DNA of 64,000 nucleotides from Vermamoeba vermiformis (taxonomy: Eukaryota), in assembly GCA_045837725.1 (NCBI GenBank), contig JBEWZL010000300.1, positions 248,001 through 312,000 on the forward strand, written 5' to 3'. Positions 25,801 through 41,094 of this stretch are shown one piece after another. Both the position numbers and the translations under genes were made by a program. Under the pieces are notes generated by a model. It searched no databases. It worked only from the letters and a program-made list of their open reading frames with translations, and had not been told where the DNA came from. Each line of letters starts with the position of its first letter. The stretch's first letter is position 1.

Positions 25801-27600
25801 CATTGAAGACAGGCAGTGAAATCTCTGTCAAAAAGGCGCCCTTCTTGATGCCACTCTCACTAGGCCGCACAGTGAATGTCACGGACTTGATTGGCCCCTC
25901 AGCTCTCCGATCTGATGAAATTTTCACGCCTCGTCCTGAGACAAAAAACCTCAATGTTTTGCTGCCTCAGAACACTAACGTCAAAGACAAGAGCACCGAT
26001 GAAGTTATTCCACCTCCTGTTGCATCCGTCCCTGCAGATCAAATTGACTTGAACGCAAGTGTTGAGAATGCTGAAGTGCGCAAGATTCGTGAGAGCATCA
26101 AAGCAGACATGAAAGGAGAGCGTGAGAGCATTGTCACCAAGGTCGAAGATCCACACATCGAGCACGAGTTCACGGCAGCTGATGTCGCTGATGAAATTGC
26201 CGCACGCATTCAAACCGGACTTGAAAAGCGAGCTGCTGCTGCGGAGACCAAAGAACGCTTGCACTTGAACAACTCGCTCACCATGTCTGACGAGACTGAC
26301 GGTCCCAGCACATCAGCAATCTCACCCGTGCCCAACAAGGAGTTGGCCAAGAGTAACAACAACAACAAAACTGCCCCGAAAGACGTGCACAAAGTATCCC
26401 TGGTAACCGAGAAAGCGCGTGACTTGACTGTGAACATTGCCATCGGTCAGATCGACAAGAACAGAGAACCGTCGGTTGATATCACTACTGAAACGACGCG
26501 CAATATTCGCGTGGTCAAGGCGCGTTCAGATGAGGTCGTGGTGCCCGAGAAGACTGGTCCCATGCGCGTACAAATCACGCGCTCAGTGGCACATTGGTCT
26601 GCTGGTGTCACGCACCCCGAGTCATCCATCCACCACGCCATGCTGTCTGCAATCACTAACGCCAAGAAGTTCATTTACATTGGCAATCAGTACTTCATCT
26701 CATCGATCAACAGACCCTCGCCCAAGAACAGAATTCTCAAAGCGCTGCATCGTCGCATCTCAGAGGCCATTCGCAAGAACGAGAACTTCAAAGTCGTGGT
26801 GGTCCTGCCCGTCTATCCCTCTGGTGATCTCAACAGTCCCACGACGACATTTATCATTCAATATGTCTTCAAGTCGATTGTTCGATTCAAGGGTTCGTTG
26901 CTCGACAGATTGCAGCGCGAGTTCCCTCTGGTAGATCTGGAGCAGTACATCACCTTCCATGCTTTACGTTCTTGGGGTGTGTTGAACGGCAAGCCAGTCA
27001 CAGAACAGGTCTACGTGCATGCAAAGATTATGATCGTCGATGACCGCACCCTCCTTGTTGGCTCTGCAAATATCAACGACAGATCCCTCCGCGGTACTCG
27101 TGACAGCGAGATCTGCGGCGTGGTGGAAGAAGAAGAGGCCTATTGGATTGACTCTAAGATGGGCGGTGAGGACTGGAAGGTACGTTCATGAACGCAATGT
27201 ATTGTTGCAGCAGTCATGTACTAATAAGGCATGTTAGGTGTCACCCTTCGTACACAGCTTGCGATGTCGTTTGTGGTGCGACTATTTGGGCTTTACTGAC
27301 GTGAAAAAAGTGCAAGATCCGATCGAAGACCAGTTCTATCATCAGACTTGGCTACAGACTGCAAGAATGAACTCGAAGCTGTTCTTAGATGTGTTCAAAG
27401 TCCTACCTGACAACGTTCTGACGCTCTCCGACATTAAGAAGCTGGATGAAGGCATTGAATATGACTCCGATTTCCTCGTCAAGCTGAACCAGATCCGTGG
27501 CATTCTCGTGGAGTTCCCGAAAGACTTCTTGAGGGACGCAAATCTGGATCCAGGATTGCTCACCAAAGAGAGAATCTTGCCTAAGATCGTATTTATGTAA
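22893..27600 (+). CDS. Phospholipase D (two HKD motifs) with N-terminal beta-rich domain, EF-hands and PH domain
   Basis: HHQKFVVID...GGIDLCYGR, RMPWHD, YVHAKIMIVDD...GSANINDRSL, RDSEI; PH MKGWLLK...W; NCS-like ELKLLYRAF...ISFSEF; MG start. Confidence 0.92.
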
Positions 27601-27733
27601 TTTTTATCGTATTAAATGTAAATAAATAGATTAGCTTAGATTGCCTGTCGTGTACTGACGTCAGAATTCATTTTTATTATCCGAGCAGACATACAAACAC
27701 GACATTTACTTATTATAGCATTCGTCGGTCACA

Positions 27734-28884
27734 ATGAATATGTTTTCTAATTTGACCGCTAATAACACCTGGCTGTTCCCTCTCTCTCGGTTGTGTAATG
27801 CTTGCAAAAACGGGGATTTGGAAACAGTCAAAAAGTTAGCTACTACTAAGAACGTAAATGACAAGGGTTGGATGGGATGGCCACCAATTATCAAAGGTAT
27901 GATTTATTTGTCTCCTTGTAAATGATCCAAAATAATTTCTAAAATTGTAATAAATCGAAACGCGGTGATTATCAACGTATCACCAATGAATCGACAATTA
28001 AAAAACGTTACTAACTTATTTTATTTTACAGCTGCTGAAGGAGCTCATCTGGATGTCGTGCAGTTTCTCGTTAATGACCTACAAGCGGATGTGAACAACG
28101 CAGACTCAAACAAACAAACTTCATTGCACGTACTCGCTGGAGTTGAGCGCGAGACCCAGCGACACATTCAGACCATGTCGTTCTTGCTCGAGAAAGGCGC
28201 TGATCCCAATGCCGAGGCCGATGATCAATACACACGTAAGGACTTGGTTATCGATTATACGACATTGCTAATATACCTAGCGCTACACATGGCCACGCTG
28301 AACAACAACATTGAGATGGTCAAATTGTTGTTGCAATACAAAGCCAATGTCAATGCTCAAAACCAAGACCAGTACACTGCCCTGCACACTGCTTATCGCT
28401 ACGGACTGCGCGAACTGATCGACATCTTGTTGCAACACGGTGCTGACACGACGATGTAAGTCACTAAAATTGACTAAAATGACACTTTGACACGTGATTA
28501 ACTCTTCCTCCTGTCACTCAGTAAGGACGGTCAAGGTTTGACACCGATTCAAGTCGCCCAAAAAGTGTCAAAGAACGTCACTGCCGCGCCTCCACCACCT
28601 GTCACCACGAGCCCTGAAAAGCCTGCCGAACAACCGACGAGCAACACCAGTGCTCCTTCCGCTGCTAACACCAACAAGCCAGTTGAAGCCAACCCTGTCA
28701 CACAAGAGACTAAAGTTGAAGCTGTCAAAGCAGAACCTGTCAAACAAGAACCTTCACCGAGTGCTGAAGACGACGAGGCTGCAAGGTTGCAACAAGAAAT
28801 TGAAAAAGAATTGCAAGATGTAAGTCACTCGTACTCTGATTTATTATGAGGCATCACAGGGCTAATATTTCTTTTTAGGTATAA
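27734..28884 (+). CDS. Ankyrin-repeat protein with Pro/Thr-rich tail
   Basis: Repeats ACKNGDLETVK, TSLHVLA, ALHMA...NN, TALHTA, GLTP. Confidence 0.85.
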
Positions 28885-28971
28885 ATGAACTTTCACTGTA
28901 AATAAACCCTTTGAATAGAACTGATACGATCCCTGCATAACAATTGACCTGCACAATAACACTAGCGGAGG

Positions 28972-31050
28972 TCACTGAGGTCGCAACATCTTGTCAATGA
29001 TTGAACGCTCAATTATCAGCTGGTCCACACTCACAATGCTGCAAGTCACTTCAGTCGCTATTTGCAGCACACTGTGTTTGACCATATATGGTTCGACAAT
29101 CTCCGCTGCGAGCACATCTTGCACAATGTCGCCAGTGATACCATTCACTCCAGCATATCGATGACCTTTGCGGTGTTCACTGCGCAGTTTGGCAATCACA
29201 CTGACAGAGGTCTCAGTTAGACACGTGTCAAATGGCTGGATGATGCACTTACTTGACAGGTGTCACTCCAGCATTCGTGGCCAACACTGTCGGAACAACT
29301 TCGAGTGCCTCAATGTATGATAAGAATACTTCTCGCTTGAGACCCTATTTCCTAATTAGGCAAGTTCTATTATTAACCGATGATCATACCGTCATTTGTT
29401 CAGCGAGGGCACTCAATTTCAAAGCTATTTCAATCTCGCACGCGCCTGCCCCTGGTAACACCTATTATTCAAACGACGTTAGATGTTTTCATGAACGGCG
29501 CTATTTGACACGTGTCAAACAAAAGTACGAACCAATTGTTCGTGTCTCAAACTGGTTTCCAGTACTCGCAATGCATCGTGAAGATCAATCTCCACTGTTT
29601 GCAACAGTTCTCTGGTGGCAGCACTACCAAATAAGTCAATTGCTGTCAATCATTGAGATAGGACTAGTCCGCATACCATAACACGATTGAGGCATGAGCC
29701 GCGTGAGGGATGAAGAACAGCTGTTCAGTGTGTGACTTGTACGTGCTCAGATTTGACACTTTTGTCACGTGTCGCGCTGTGATGCGCGGCAAACACTTTG
29801 CAGATGTCACTTTGACACCTGTCACACTCGCTATTCGCAGCAATGAGTCACGCGACACGTGTTCAATAGCCATGCAGCCACGTGACTCCAGCACTGCACG
29901 TCCTCGAGCCGAAATTTCACCAGAGACCAGCACGAGTGTTATTCCTAATTTGGCAATGTTGTCAGTCACTCCTTGCCAGTAGTCAGTCTCTTGCGTGTCA
30001 TTGTAAACACGTGCCAACATGGAGACTGAGCTGACAGGCGTCGACTTGACAGCTGTCTCGTTGAATGTCAAGTCATCGGCGATGAGACACGCGCAGAACT
30101 CAGTTTGACACTCTGATCGTTGCCAGTCACGTGACTGAACTGACGTCTCACTGATTGACATGTCACGAGGTGTCACTTTGAGGTCTCCACGGAACACAAT
30201 GCCCGCACTCCAAAACGAGCACGTGATGTCCAGACCTGTCACATGCACCAGTGTCACGTCATGCTCCAATCTCACACGTGATTTGACACGTGTCACTTGC
30301 AGCATGCTGTCCACGGCCAATCTGGCCAGCAGATCTCGCCACAGTGCCACGTGTTTGGTGCGCAGTGCCGTGCCAGCCATCAACAGCATCCACCGCTGCA
30401 GCTCCTAAAATAGGTTAGCGCGATTGTGATTCACTGAACGATGTATACCTCGTGATCATTGGTATACGCGACAGCAAGACTGCGCAGTGTCTCTTGCGCG
30501 GTGCGATGTGCCGCGTGACAGGCCTCAATCACGGCGCGGAGATTGACAGTGTTCCGCAGTGCCAGTCTGGTGGCCAATTGCCGCAACAATTCGCCGCTGC
30601 ACAGTACCACACTCGTCGTGCCATCGCCCGCTGCACTGTCTTGCACACGTGCGGCTGCGAGGAGCAGTGTCGCTGCTGGATGTGTCACTGTGAGTGCATT
30701 CACCACTGTAGCACCGTCGTTGGTGAGTGTGTAACGATCAGTACGCGGGTCTATATTAATGAAGTCGTATTAATAAGCGGAAATTGAATAATAATTTGAA
30801 TTTAACGCAATAAATAATTGCTATTCATTGTACCACGCTGTTACGCACCTGCAATTAATTTCATGCGACTACGAGGTCCTAGTGTTGTTTTCACTACATC
30901 TGACACCGCTGTTACTGCACGCACATTCGACAAGAGCGCATCTCGACCAGTGAGCTGAAAAGTTTCTGGTCTAAGTACAGTTACGGCTCTAATGGGCGCT
31001 ATATTCGATGCGTTATCATCGTGCTCTTTGTTTGGTGCATGTGTTTGCAT
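28972..31050 (-). CDS. Divergent group II chaperonin-like protein (CCT/BBS-chaperonin family)
   Basis: VKTTLGPRSRMKLI, TNDGAT, QDSAAGDGTTSVV, PGAGACEIE, IVEPYMVKHSVL...ATEV...IVSVDQLI. Confidence 0.8.
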
Positions 31051-31143
31051 TGTTCGTCATGAATGAAATGAAATAATTGACTTTTAATTGTTTTTACTGA
31101 TGCACCTGGACACCACGCTCAGTCAGGCCTTATCATTTATATT

Positions 31144-32546
31144 ATGATATCTGAAAAAGACTTGACGTCGCTCAGGACGATATTGAATGAAGAGCGGTCT
31201 CTGAACGAGATCTCTGCTTCATTCCACAGGATATTTGCCAAATCCCGTTACGACCAATTCAATTTAGGTTGTACACTGCATATATTATTAGATGAAGAGT
31301 TATTACTGCCCAATGAGCGAATAGCAGCCCTATTTCTCTTGTACGATATTTATAAATTGGATCAGATCACCTCAAATCCATTCCTTATATTTTTCCTGGA
31401 TTTGATTCAAAGCGAAACATCTTCAATCAACGAAAAAAATATTATATTACAACTGCTAGGGCAGCCTAGTAAAGAGGTACGTAAAAATAAAAATTAATTA
31501 TTTAAAAATTCTACACGCATTTGTAGCACTTCACCATTGTAATTTAAGAACGAATATTAATGCAATACTATTGTAGTTATTAAAGAAAACAACGCGCGAA
31601 TATTTGTCAGATGTGCACACGACATTACTTGCAGCCCCGCGGGATCTGAATGTGCTGCGTCAGAGCACCACACAAGTGCCCTATGCTGGCACACCACTCA
31701 CTGCCCTCGCACTCTCACCGCGCCTCTACGTCACATACGACACACCCTCCACTGTCACTGCGGACGAGCTCACTTTCACGGCACTGCAACCGCACTGGGC
31801 TCGACCTGTGCCTGACCTGCTCGCATTCAGCGAGGACGAGGTAACACTACTGACACGTCTATATAGTGCCCTATACTCACCGTGACTTAGTTCGCGTGGT
31901 TGCCCCTCACACGCACCGTGCCGCAAGGTGCAGCGGATGTAGTGCCCGATGAGCGCGTGATACCAGCAGCGATCAGAGAGCTGTTAGTGAAGAGCTTCAA
32001 AGGCCCCTTGTTGCCCGCGCAGAGTCAGAAGCTGATCACGTGGCTGAACGATCACCCCACACTGGTCGGGGCGTGCGGTCTCGTGCCCAAGAAACTGCCA
32101 GAACTCGTCGAGCACAACACGAACATTGCGACTGAGTTCTTAATACTGCTCATGAACTCGTCGCAGATCACTGAGTACGTGCTGTGATTGTACTATTAGC
32201 ATGCATGGACTGAACTGACACGTGTCACAGGTACCTGTCAGAGCTGGTGAACATGGAGATGAACTGGCAGTCCATGGAAGTCGTGAACAAATTGACCACA
32301 ATGGTTGAACTGCCCACCGAGTTCATTCACTTGTACATCTCGAACTGCATCTCCACCTGCGAGAACACCAAGGACAAGTACTTGCAGAACAGACTCGTGC
32401 GACTCGTGTGCGTGTTCTTGGAGTCGCTGATTCGCAACAAGATCATTGACGTGAAAGATTTGTTCGTGGAAGTGCAGGCATTCTGCATCAACTTCAGCAA
32501 GATCAAAGAGGCTGCAGCACTGTTCAAGCTCTTGAAGCAGCAGTAG
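31144..32546 (+). CDS. CNOT11: CCR4-NOT subunit 11
   Basis: [65 protein letters not shown]. Confidence 0.95.
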
Positions 32547-32725
32547 GACCGATCATAGTAATAACACGGGTCCTAGTGTCGGTGATTATGCACCTCGTGT
32601 GCAGTCACAGTGACACTAGGGCCCTCACTGGTACTCGCAGTGAACTTGTATAGTCAGCATTGTACAGCGAATATAAATAGACGTAACACTATGGCACATG
32701 TTTATATCTACCTCTTCTGTACAGT

Positions 32726-33694
32726 TCAATGCGTCTGATGCAGCGCCAGCACTTCTTTGTCGCGGTACATGCGCGGCAACATGCTGTGCGGCTTCCAGTC
32801 CTGCATCAACTGTTTGACATCTGACGTCGTCTGGTACTTGCCCTCTTGTTCGTAGCTCTTGGCCACAATGCCTTCAGTGTCGAAGAATACAATCTGAGCC
32901 ACACGCCGTCCAACTACGAGTGGGATCGAGTAGTAGCGCGAGTTGTTTGTGATCTCCATTGTCCAACGATTGACATAGCTAGTTGGGCATTAGTAACGTA
33001 GTACAATGGTCATATCATGTATTAGATGCATACCCAACATCACCCCAGCCTGCGCACTTGCATACTTCAATGAAGTTGCGACCAAGGCTCGATCTAGCTT
33101 TCATCATCGTAGTGACCGAAGTGCGACCTTTAGATAGATGGCTTAACAACTGCTATGTGTTCCATATATGCATCACTTCGTACCTCCAATGAACTCATTC
33201 GTATGACCGAGAATTGTCTCGCCCGGTGAGATCCAAATGATACGATCGTCATCAGCAATGTTATCTAGCTTGATGCCTGTTCTCTTGCTCCACTCTGACA
33301 CTTTTTCTGCTTCTCTCAACTCACCCCACACGCGCTGAACCATTGTCTCGCTGAAGGGATTGTAGATGCCTGTTGCACAACGCAGTAAAGGGTTACACAA
33401 CGTAAATTACAATGACAATATTTTTTACCTTGTCCAGGCTCGGGGTTAGTCTCGCGATAATAATAGGGACCGAGTGTAACGTCTAGTTTGATAATTAATA
33501 AAAAATTATTACAAAAAAGAAAATTTATTTAATGCCCATGAGTCGGTGCAATTATAGGCGTACGTACCATATGAAGAAGTACTTAAGTTGTTGCGATTAA
33601 ATGGCTCGATAATAACTTTGCCTTGGTCTATGTATCGCAAAATAGCTTTGTCGCTCAACAAGCTTGTAACAGTTGGGTCTGTATTAGTTGCCAT
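32726..33694 (-). CDS. dcd: dCTP deaminase (trimeric dUTPase superfamily)
   Basis: LLSDKAI, SSYDVTLG, PGETILGHTNEFIG, ARSSLGR, GWGDVGY, WTMEITN, VAQIVF; spliceosomal introns. Confidence 0.88.
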
Positions 33695-33933
33695 TATTAT
33701 ACAATTATCTACAGTGGTATTCTACTCGAAGTATTCGAAAAATTAATTTGAAAAATTAACCAATTTTTGGCGGGCTGACGACAGGTTTCACCACAAAACA
33801 TTTATTGTACAATTATCGAGCAACTAATATCACCCCCTATGCTACGGTGGTAGGTACCTGCTTCCTTTCCTTATACCTGTATCATTATAATAAGTTGTAT
33901 GCAACAGCAATTCTCAACTGGAGCAAACAGGCC

Positions 33934-36403
<2,470 letters not shown>

Positions 36404-36535
36404 TTTACAAAGTGCTAATCTGATGTGGTAGCTCGTAGATTACCACTTGTGCAACTAAATTTGGGAAAGCTCTTTGACGGCTTGACGTGTGACCTTAGTA
36501 CATTGACAATTCTTATTTATGAGTGTACATATCAC

Positions 36536-39500
36536 TTAAAAACTGTCTACAGATCGATCACTAATGCCCAAGAAATAAATCAGAGTGGCGAGCGAGGCCT
36601 GATTGATTCTAAATTTAGCTGCTTCTTGCACTTTCGGTTTGGCGTTGAATGCAATACCCAGACCCGCGCGACTGAGCATTAGCAAGTCATTTGCTCCGTC
36701 ACCAATAGCAATCACTTGGTCGTGCGGAATGCCTTCTTCTTGTGCGATCAGATCCAGCAGATCGGCTTTTTTGCGCGCATCCACAATCGGACCCAAGAGC
36801 TGGCCAGTCAACTTGCCATCACGTATCTCGAGTGTGTTGGCGAATGAATAGTCCAAGTTGAGCTTGTCTTTGACGTGCTTGATAATGTGCGTGAAGCCAC
36901 CACTGATGACAGCCAACTTGTAGCCCATCTTCTTGAGAGTTTTGCACAAGAACTTGGCACCAGGTGTGTATTGTATTGCTGCTACGATGTGCGGGATGAT
37001 CTCTGCTGACACTCCGCGCAACAGACCCACGCGTTGTCGCAGTGACTGTTCGAAATCGAGTTCACCATTCATGGCTCGGCGCGTGATGTCTTTCACTTGC
37101 TGTTCTACGCCTGCATATGCCGCCATCTCATCGATGCACTGCGACACTAGTGTAAGTATACTCACAACTGCTGGCTTATTAGACACGTACCTCTTGTTGA
37201 ATCAGCGTGGAGTCCATGTCAAACACCACCAGTCGCTTGATCTTGCGCACGAGTCCCTCAGCTTGCAGTGCAATGTCCGTGTTGAACTCTTTGGCCATGC
37301 TCATCAGCTCTGCTTTGATGCGACTCAAGTCCTCTTCGCTGCTCGAGGGCAGATCCACAACGAACTCCAAGCACTCGAGTTCGTGCACAAATGCGTCCTC
37401 GTCCTCCTCGCCGTAGCGTTTCTTGTTCTTGTCTGCTTTGGCCTCGCTCAGCCGATTGATCTCGCGAATAACACAGCCGCGCGTCTCAATCAACTTGCAG
37501 AACTCGGCCAAGAACTTGAATGTCATGCGCGAGTTGATCACAGTGATTGCGTGGGGAGCGGACTGACGTTCAAGTGACTCGTTGTTTGATTGGTCGAGCA
37601 GTTCAAAGTCCATGTCCATGCCTGGCATGCGCTTCACTTTGAACAACAACTCTTTGAGCACTTGATCGTTGCTGTTCTCGTCGTATTCGAGCAGCACCAC
37701 TAACAACAGATTCTGCTGCAACACGAACTGTCTAATATCTACAATGTGTGCGTGCGATGCAGCCACGATCTCACACAGTGAATACAGCACACCAGGACTG
37801 GAGTTACAGTGTTAAATCACAATCTTTGATCGCAAATATCAATCAATACGCACCCGTCGGGACCAGTGACTGTGACAATTGATCGCTTGTATGTGCGTGT
37901 GTTAGATGGATTCTCGGCGGCTGTTTCAGTGTCTTCTTCGGTGGATATCGAGCGCTTCATGCGTCGCGGCTGAGTCTTGTCCTTAGTCTCCTCGCTGCAG
38001 TTGTTACTTTAGCACGGAAGACAATACTACACGCGCACATACCTCCAAATGTGCTTTGGATAGCCCAACAAATACAGTGTGTCGGACAGATCTTTCTCGC
38101 AGTGCAACAAGTTCAAGTGCGTGTTGTAGTTCTGTGGCGTGGCATCGAATGCAATGCCGAGGCCTGCGAGTGCAATCATGCCCCACGAGACTGGTCCGTC
38201 GCCGATGCAAATACACGCTTCGGGTGATATACCTACGACACCGATTAGTACATCGGTATACTAGAAGTGCTACTCACCTTCTTTTTCAGTCAAGTAAGTC
38301 AACAGATCCATCTTGCGAATTCCATCCACAATAGGCATCTCCAATTTGCCAGTGAATATTTCACCCTCAGGCGTCATTTCAGTCTCGAGTGTGTTGTGGA
38401 ATGCATAATCGAGTCCGAGCTCCTCTTTGACACACTGGCTGATCACATCGAAGCCTGAAGATATGCACGCCAATTTGAATCCCAACTTCTTGAGCGCACG
38501 ACACAAGAACAGTGCGCCCTTGGTGAATTTGATGTGTTCTTCTACGCCCTGCAACAGCTTGGTCGATGCTCCCTTCAACAAAGCCACTCGCTCAGTGATG
38601 CTGCCGATGAAGTTCTTGTCGCCGTGTGCGGCACGGATGGCTTTCATTTTGTCGAGCACACCAATCTTGTCACCGAGATATTCGAGCAGATCAAAGGTCT
38701 GTATCAGTGTGTTGTTCATGTCAAATACCACCATGCGCTTCTTGCGTCGCAACAAACTCTCGGCTTGCACTGCAATGTCTGAGAAGTGCCGCCGACCCAC
38801 TTGCAGCAATGCGCCTTTAAAGGCCGATAAATCACATTCTTTGTTACATCGTTAATATCTGTCACTACCAGTGTGATATATGGCATACCAGCAGGGACAT
38901 TGACGACAAATTCAACAGCAGAACTCTTCTTCTTGTTGTTCTTGTCGCTGAGATTGATGATCTTCGTGATGTTCACGTGGAAGTTGGACAGCACTTGACA
39001 AAAGTCGCGATAACACGTGGCAGGGACGTGAGAGTGCGGACTGAGAATTGTCAGCACATAGTCTGAGCCAGTGTTCGAGGCCGTGGGATTAGCAGCGACA
39101 CCAGCGATCTTGTACGTCATTTCGAGGCCCAAGTGCGTGCAGGTCAAGAGCAAGTCTTTGACCACTGCGACACTCGGCGTGGCAATCACAATGCCGACTG
39201 ACAGCGCGCCTGCGACACTCAGCGAGCGCACTGCACGGTATTGCACGACTTGTCCTTGCGCGAGTTCAGCAGCGAGTGTGCTCATCAACTGCGTGAGTAC
39301 ATTGGCCTTGTTGGGACCACTAGAAGCGAGTGTTAGTCAAACAAAGAGGACTTTCAGACGAGGGTAAGAAACTTGGAATAATTCAGTTTTTTTAGTAAAA
39401 AATTTTAAAATTATTATATCGGTAAAAATAACTCGGTCATCGACTGATCAAATAATTCGTGTGGTCAGCAAATTTCTAGATCTGGATCCAATTCAAAAAA

Positions 39501-39637
39501 ATTTGTCACGATTGCAAAAATACCGAGTCAAAGCTAGCTGAACTAAGATGCACACAAATTAGCCTATTGTTAGATACTAACGTTATGGTAAAATTTATCT
39601 CGTGCTCGAAGTTGTTGGCATCTGTGTTCTGTGACAT
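36536..39637 (-). CDS. serB: Phosphoserine phosphatase with internally duplicated ACT-ACT-HAD unit
   Basis: Second unit FDMDSTLIQQECIDE, ISGGF, GDGAND; first unit FDMNNTL, ISSGF, GDGPVS; linker exon starting at 37994 keeps both units in one frame. Confidence 0.85.
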
Positions 39638-40143
39638 TTTGCGAGTAACCGACTAGGATTGACAATCAAATTACAAAGAAACCATAAACGTGATAGTAAT
39701 AGTCGTAGTTCGTCGACAAACCGTGAAAAATGAACGGGTGCAATTTCCGGATTCGTTTTACGAATTAATTCGACAGAAAATTAAAATCGGTAAATGTCGA
39801 CCAAGTACATAATGGGCTCGCTTGTTTCGTCAATCTTCAACACAAATAAACTAACGGTTTGTGCTCCAAAAAGAAAAAAAAAGGAAGCAATATAGCTTGA
39901 TCGGGCAACAACCTTTCGAAATTTACAATCGGTTGGTTCATATAAGGACGCTCGAGCTTACCGGTGTTACATGCGTCGGAAAAATCAACAGGTATTCACT
40001 GATTGGTCCAATCAGCAGCACAAAAAAATAAAGCGAGGCCAAAAAAAATCTCGGCCAAGATTGCACCGAAGGATTTTAACCAAGATTTTTTTTTGTTCTT
40101 TTTCATTCGCTCAATCAAACGAAACACCTCAAACCTTGTCAAA

Positions 40144-40794
40144 ATGGTATGTATTTATCTGTAGCTAAGCATTTCTTATTGATCCCTTCCATATTTCAAA
40201 TTTTTTTTGCATCTTGTTTTTTGATTTGAAAAACGTTAGATTAACCGTCGTTAAATTACAGTCCAACACCGGTATTGCCGTCGATAACGAATGCGTCAAT
40301 GAGTTCAACGCCTTCAAGTTGAGAAACACTCACCGTTACATCGTCTTCAAGATTGAAAACGCCAAGGAGATCAAGATTGAAAAGAAGGGTGATACCTCTG
40401 CCACTTACGACGAGTTCTTGAAGCAACTCCCGGACAACGACTGCAGATACGCCGTCTACAACTTCGAATACAACCAAGCCGACGGTTTCAGAAGCAAAAT
40501 CGTCTTCTTCCTCTGGTAAATATTTTTTACTTTATTTTTTAAATTTTAATTTGTGACTTTCTGCTACCCAAATTTACTCTACAATTAATCTTATAATCCT
40601 ATTATAACGTGTACTTATTATTTTTTAACAGGGCCCCTGACACTGCTCCCACCAAGAGCAAGATGTTGTACGCCGGTACCAAGGACACCTTGAAGAAGAA
40701 CCTCCAAGGTTTGCAAGTCGAAATGCAAGGTACTGACAAGTCTGAGGTCGATCAATCCGAAGTTCTTGCTAAGTGCCAATCTATCTCCAAATAA
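40144..40794 (+). CDS. Cofilin/actophorin (ADF)
   Basis: TGIAVDNEC, YIVFKI, CRYAVY, KIVFFLWAPDTAPTKSKMLYA; first exon is ATG only. Confidence 0.95.
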
Positions 40795-41094
40795 GAGCTC
40801 TCGGTTAAAACTAAGGGCAACTTTTTTACTTCGATCAAACCGTTAATATAACGGAATGGTCCGAAGTAAATTGGATTGTTACTATTTTAGAAGAGCTTCT
40901 TTACCTTGTGTCAATAAATAAAAATTATAAATTATTAAACAACAACGAAACTCATCTTTTTTTTGGTCGGATGGCAAGAAAATCTTTTTTTCAATTTAGT
41001 TTAAAGGGAACACGGTACTCAGCTTATACATCCTTTTATAAATGCACGTCTCTTTTTACAAATTAACAATTTGGACAGAATCAACAAAAATATC

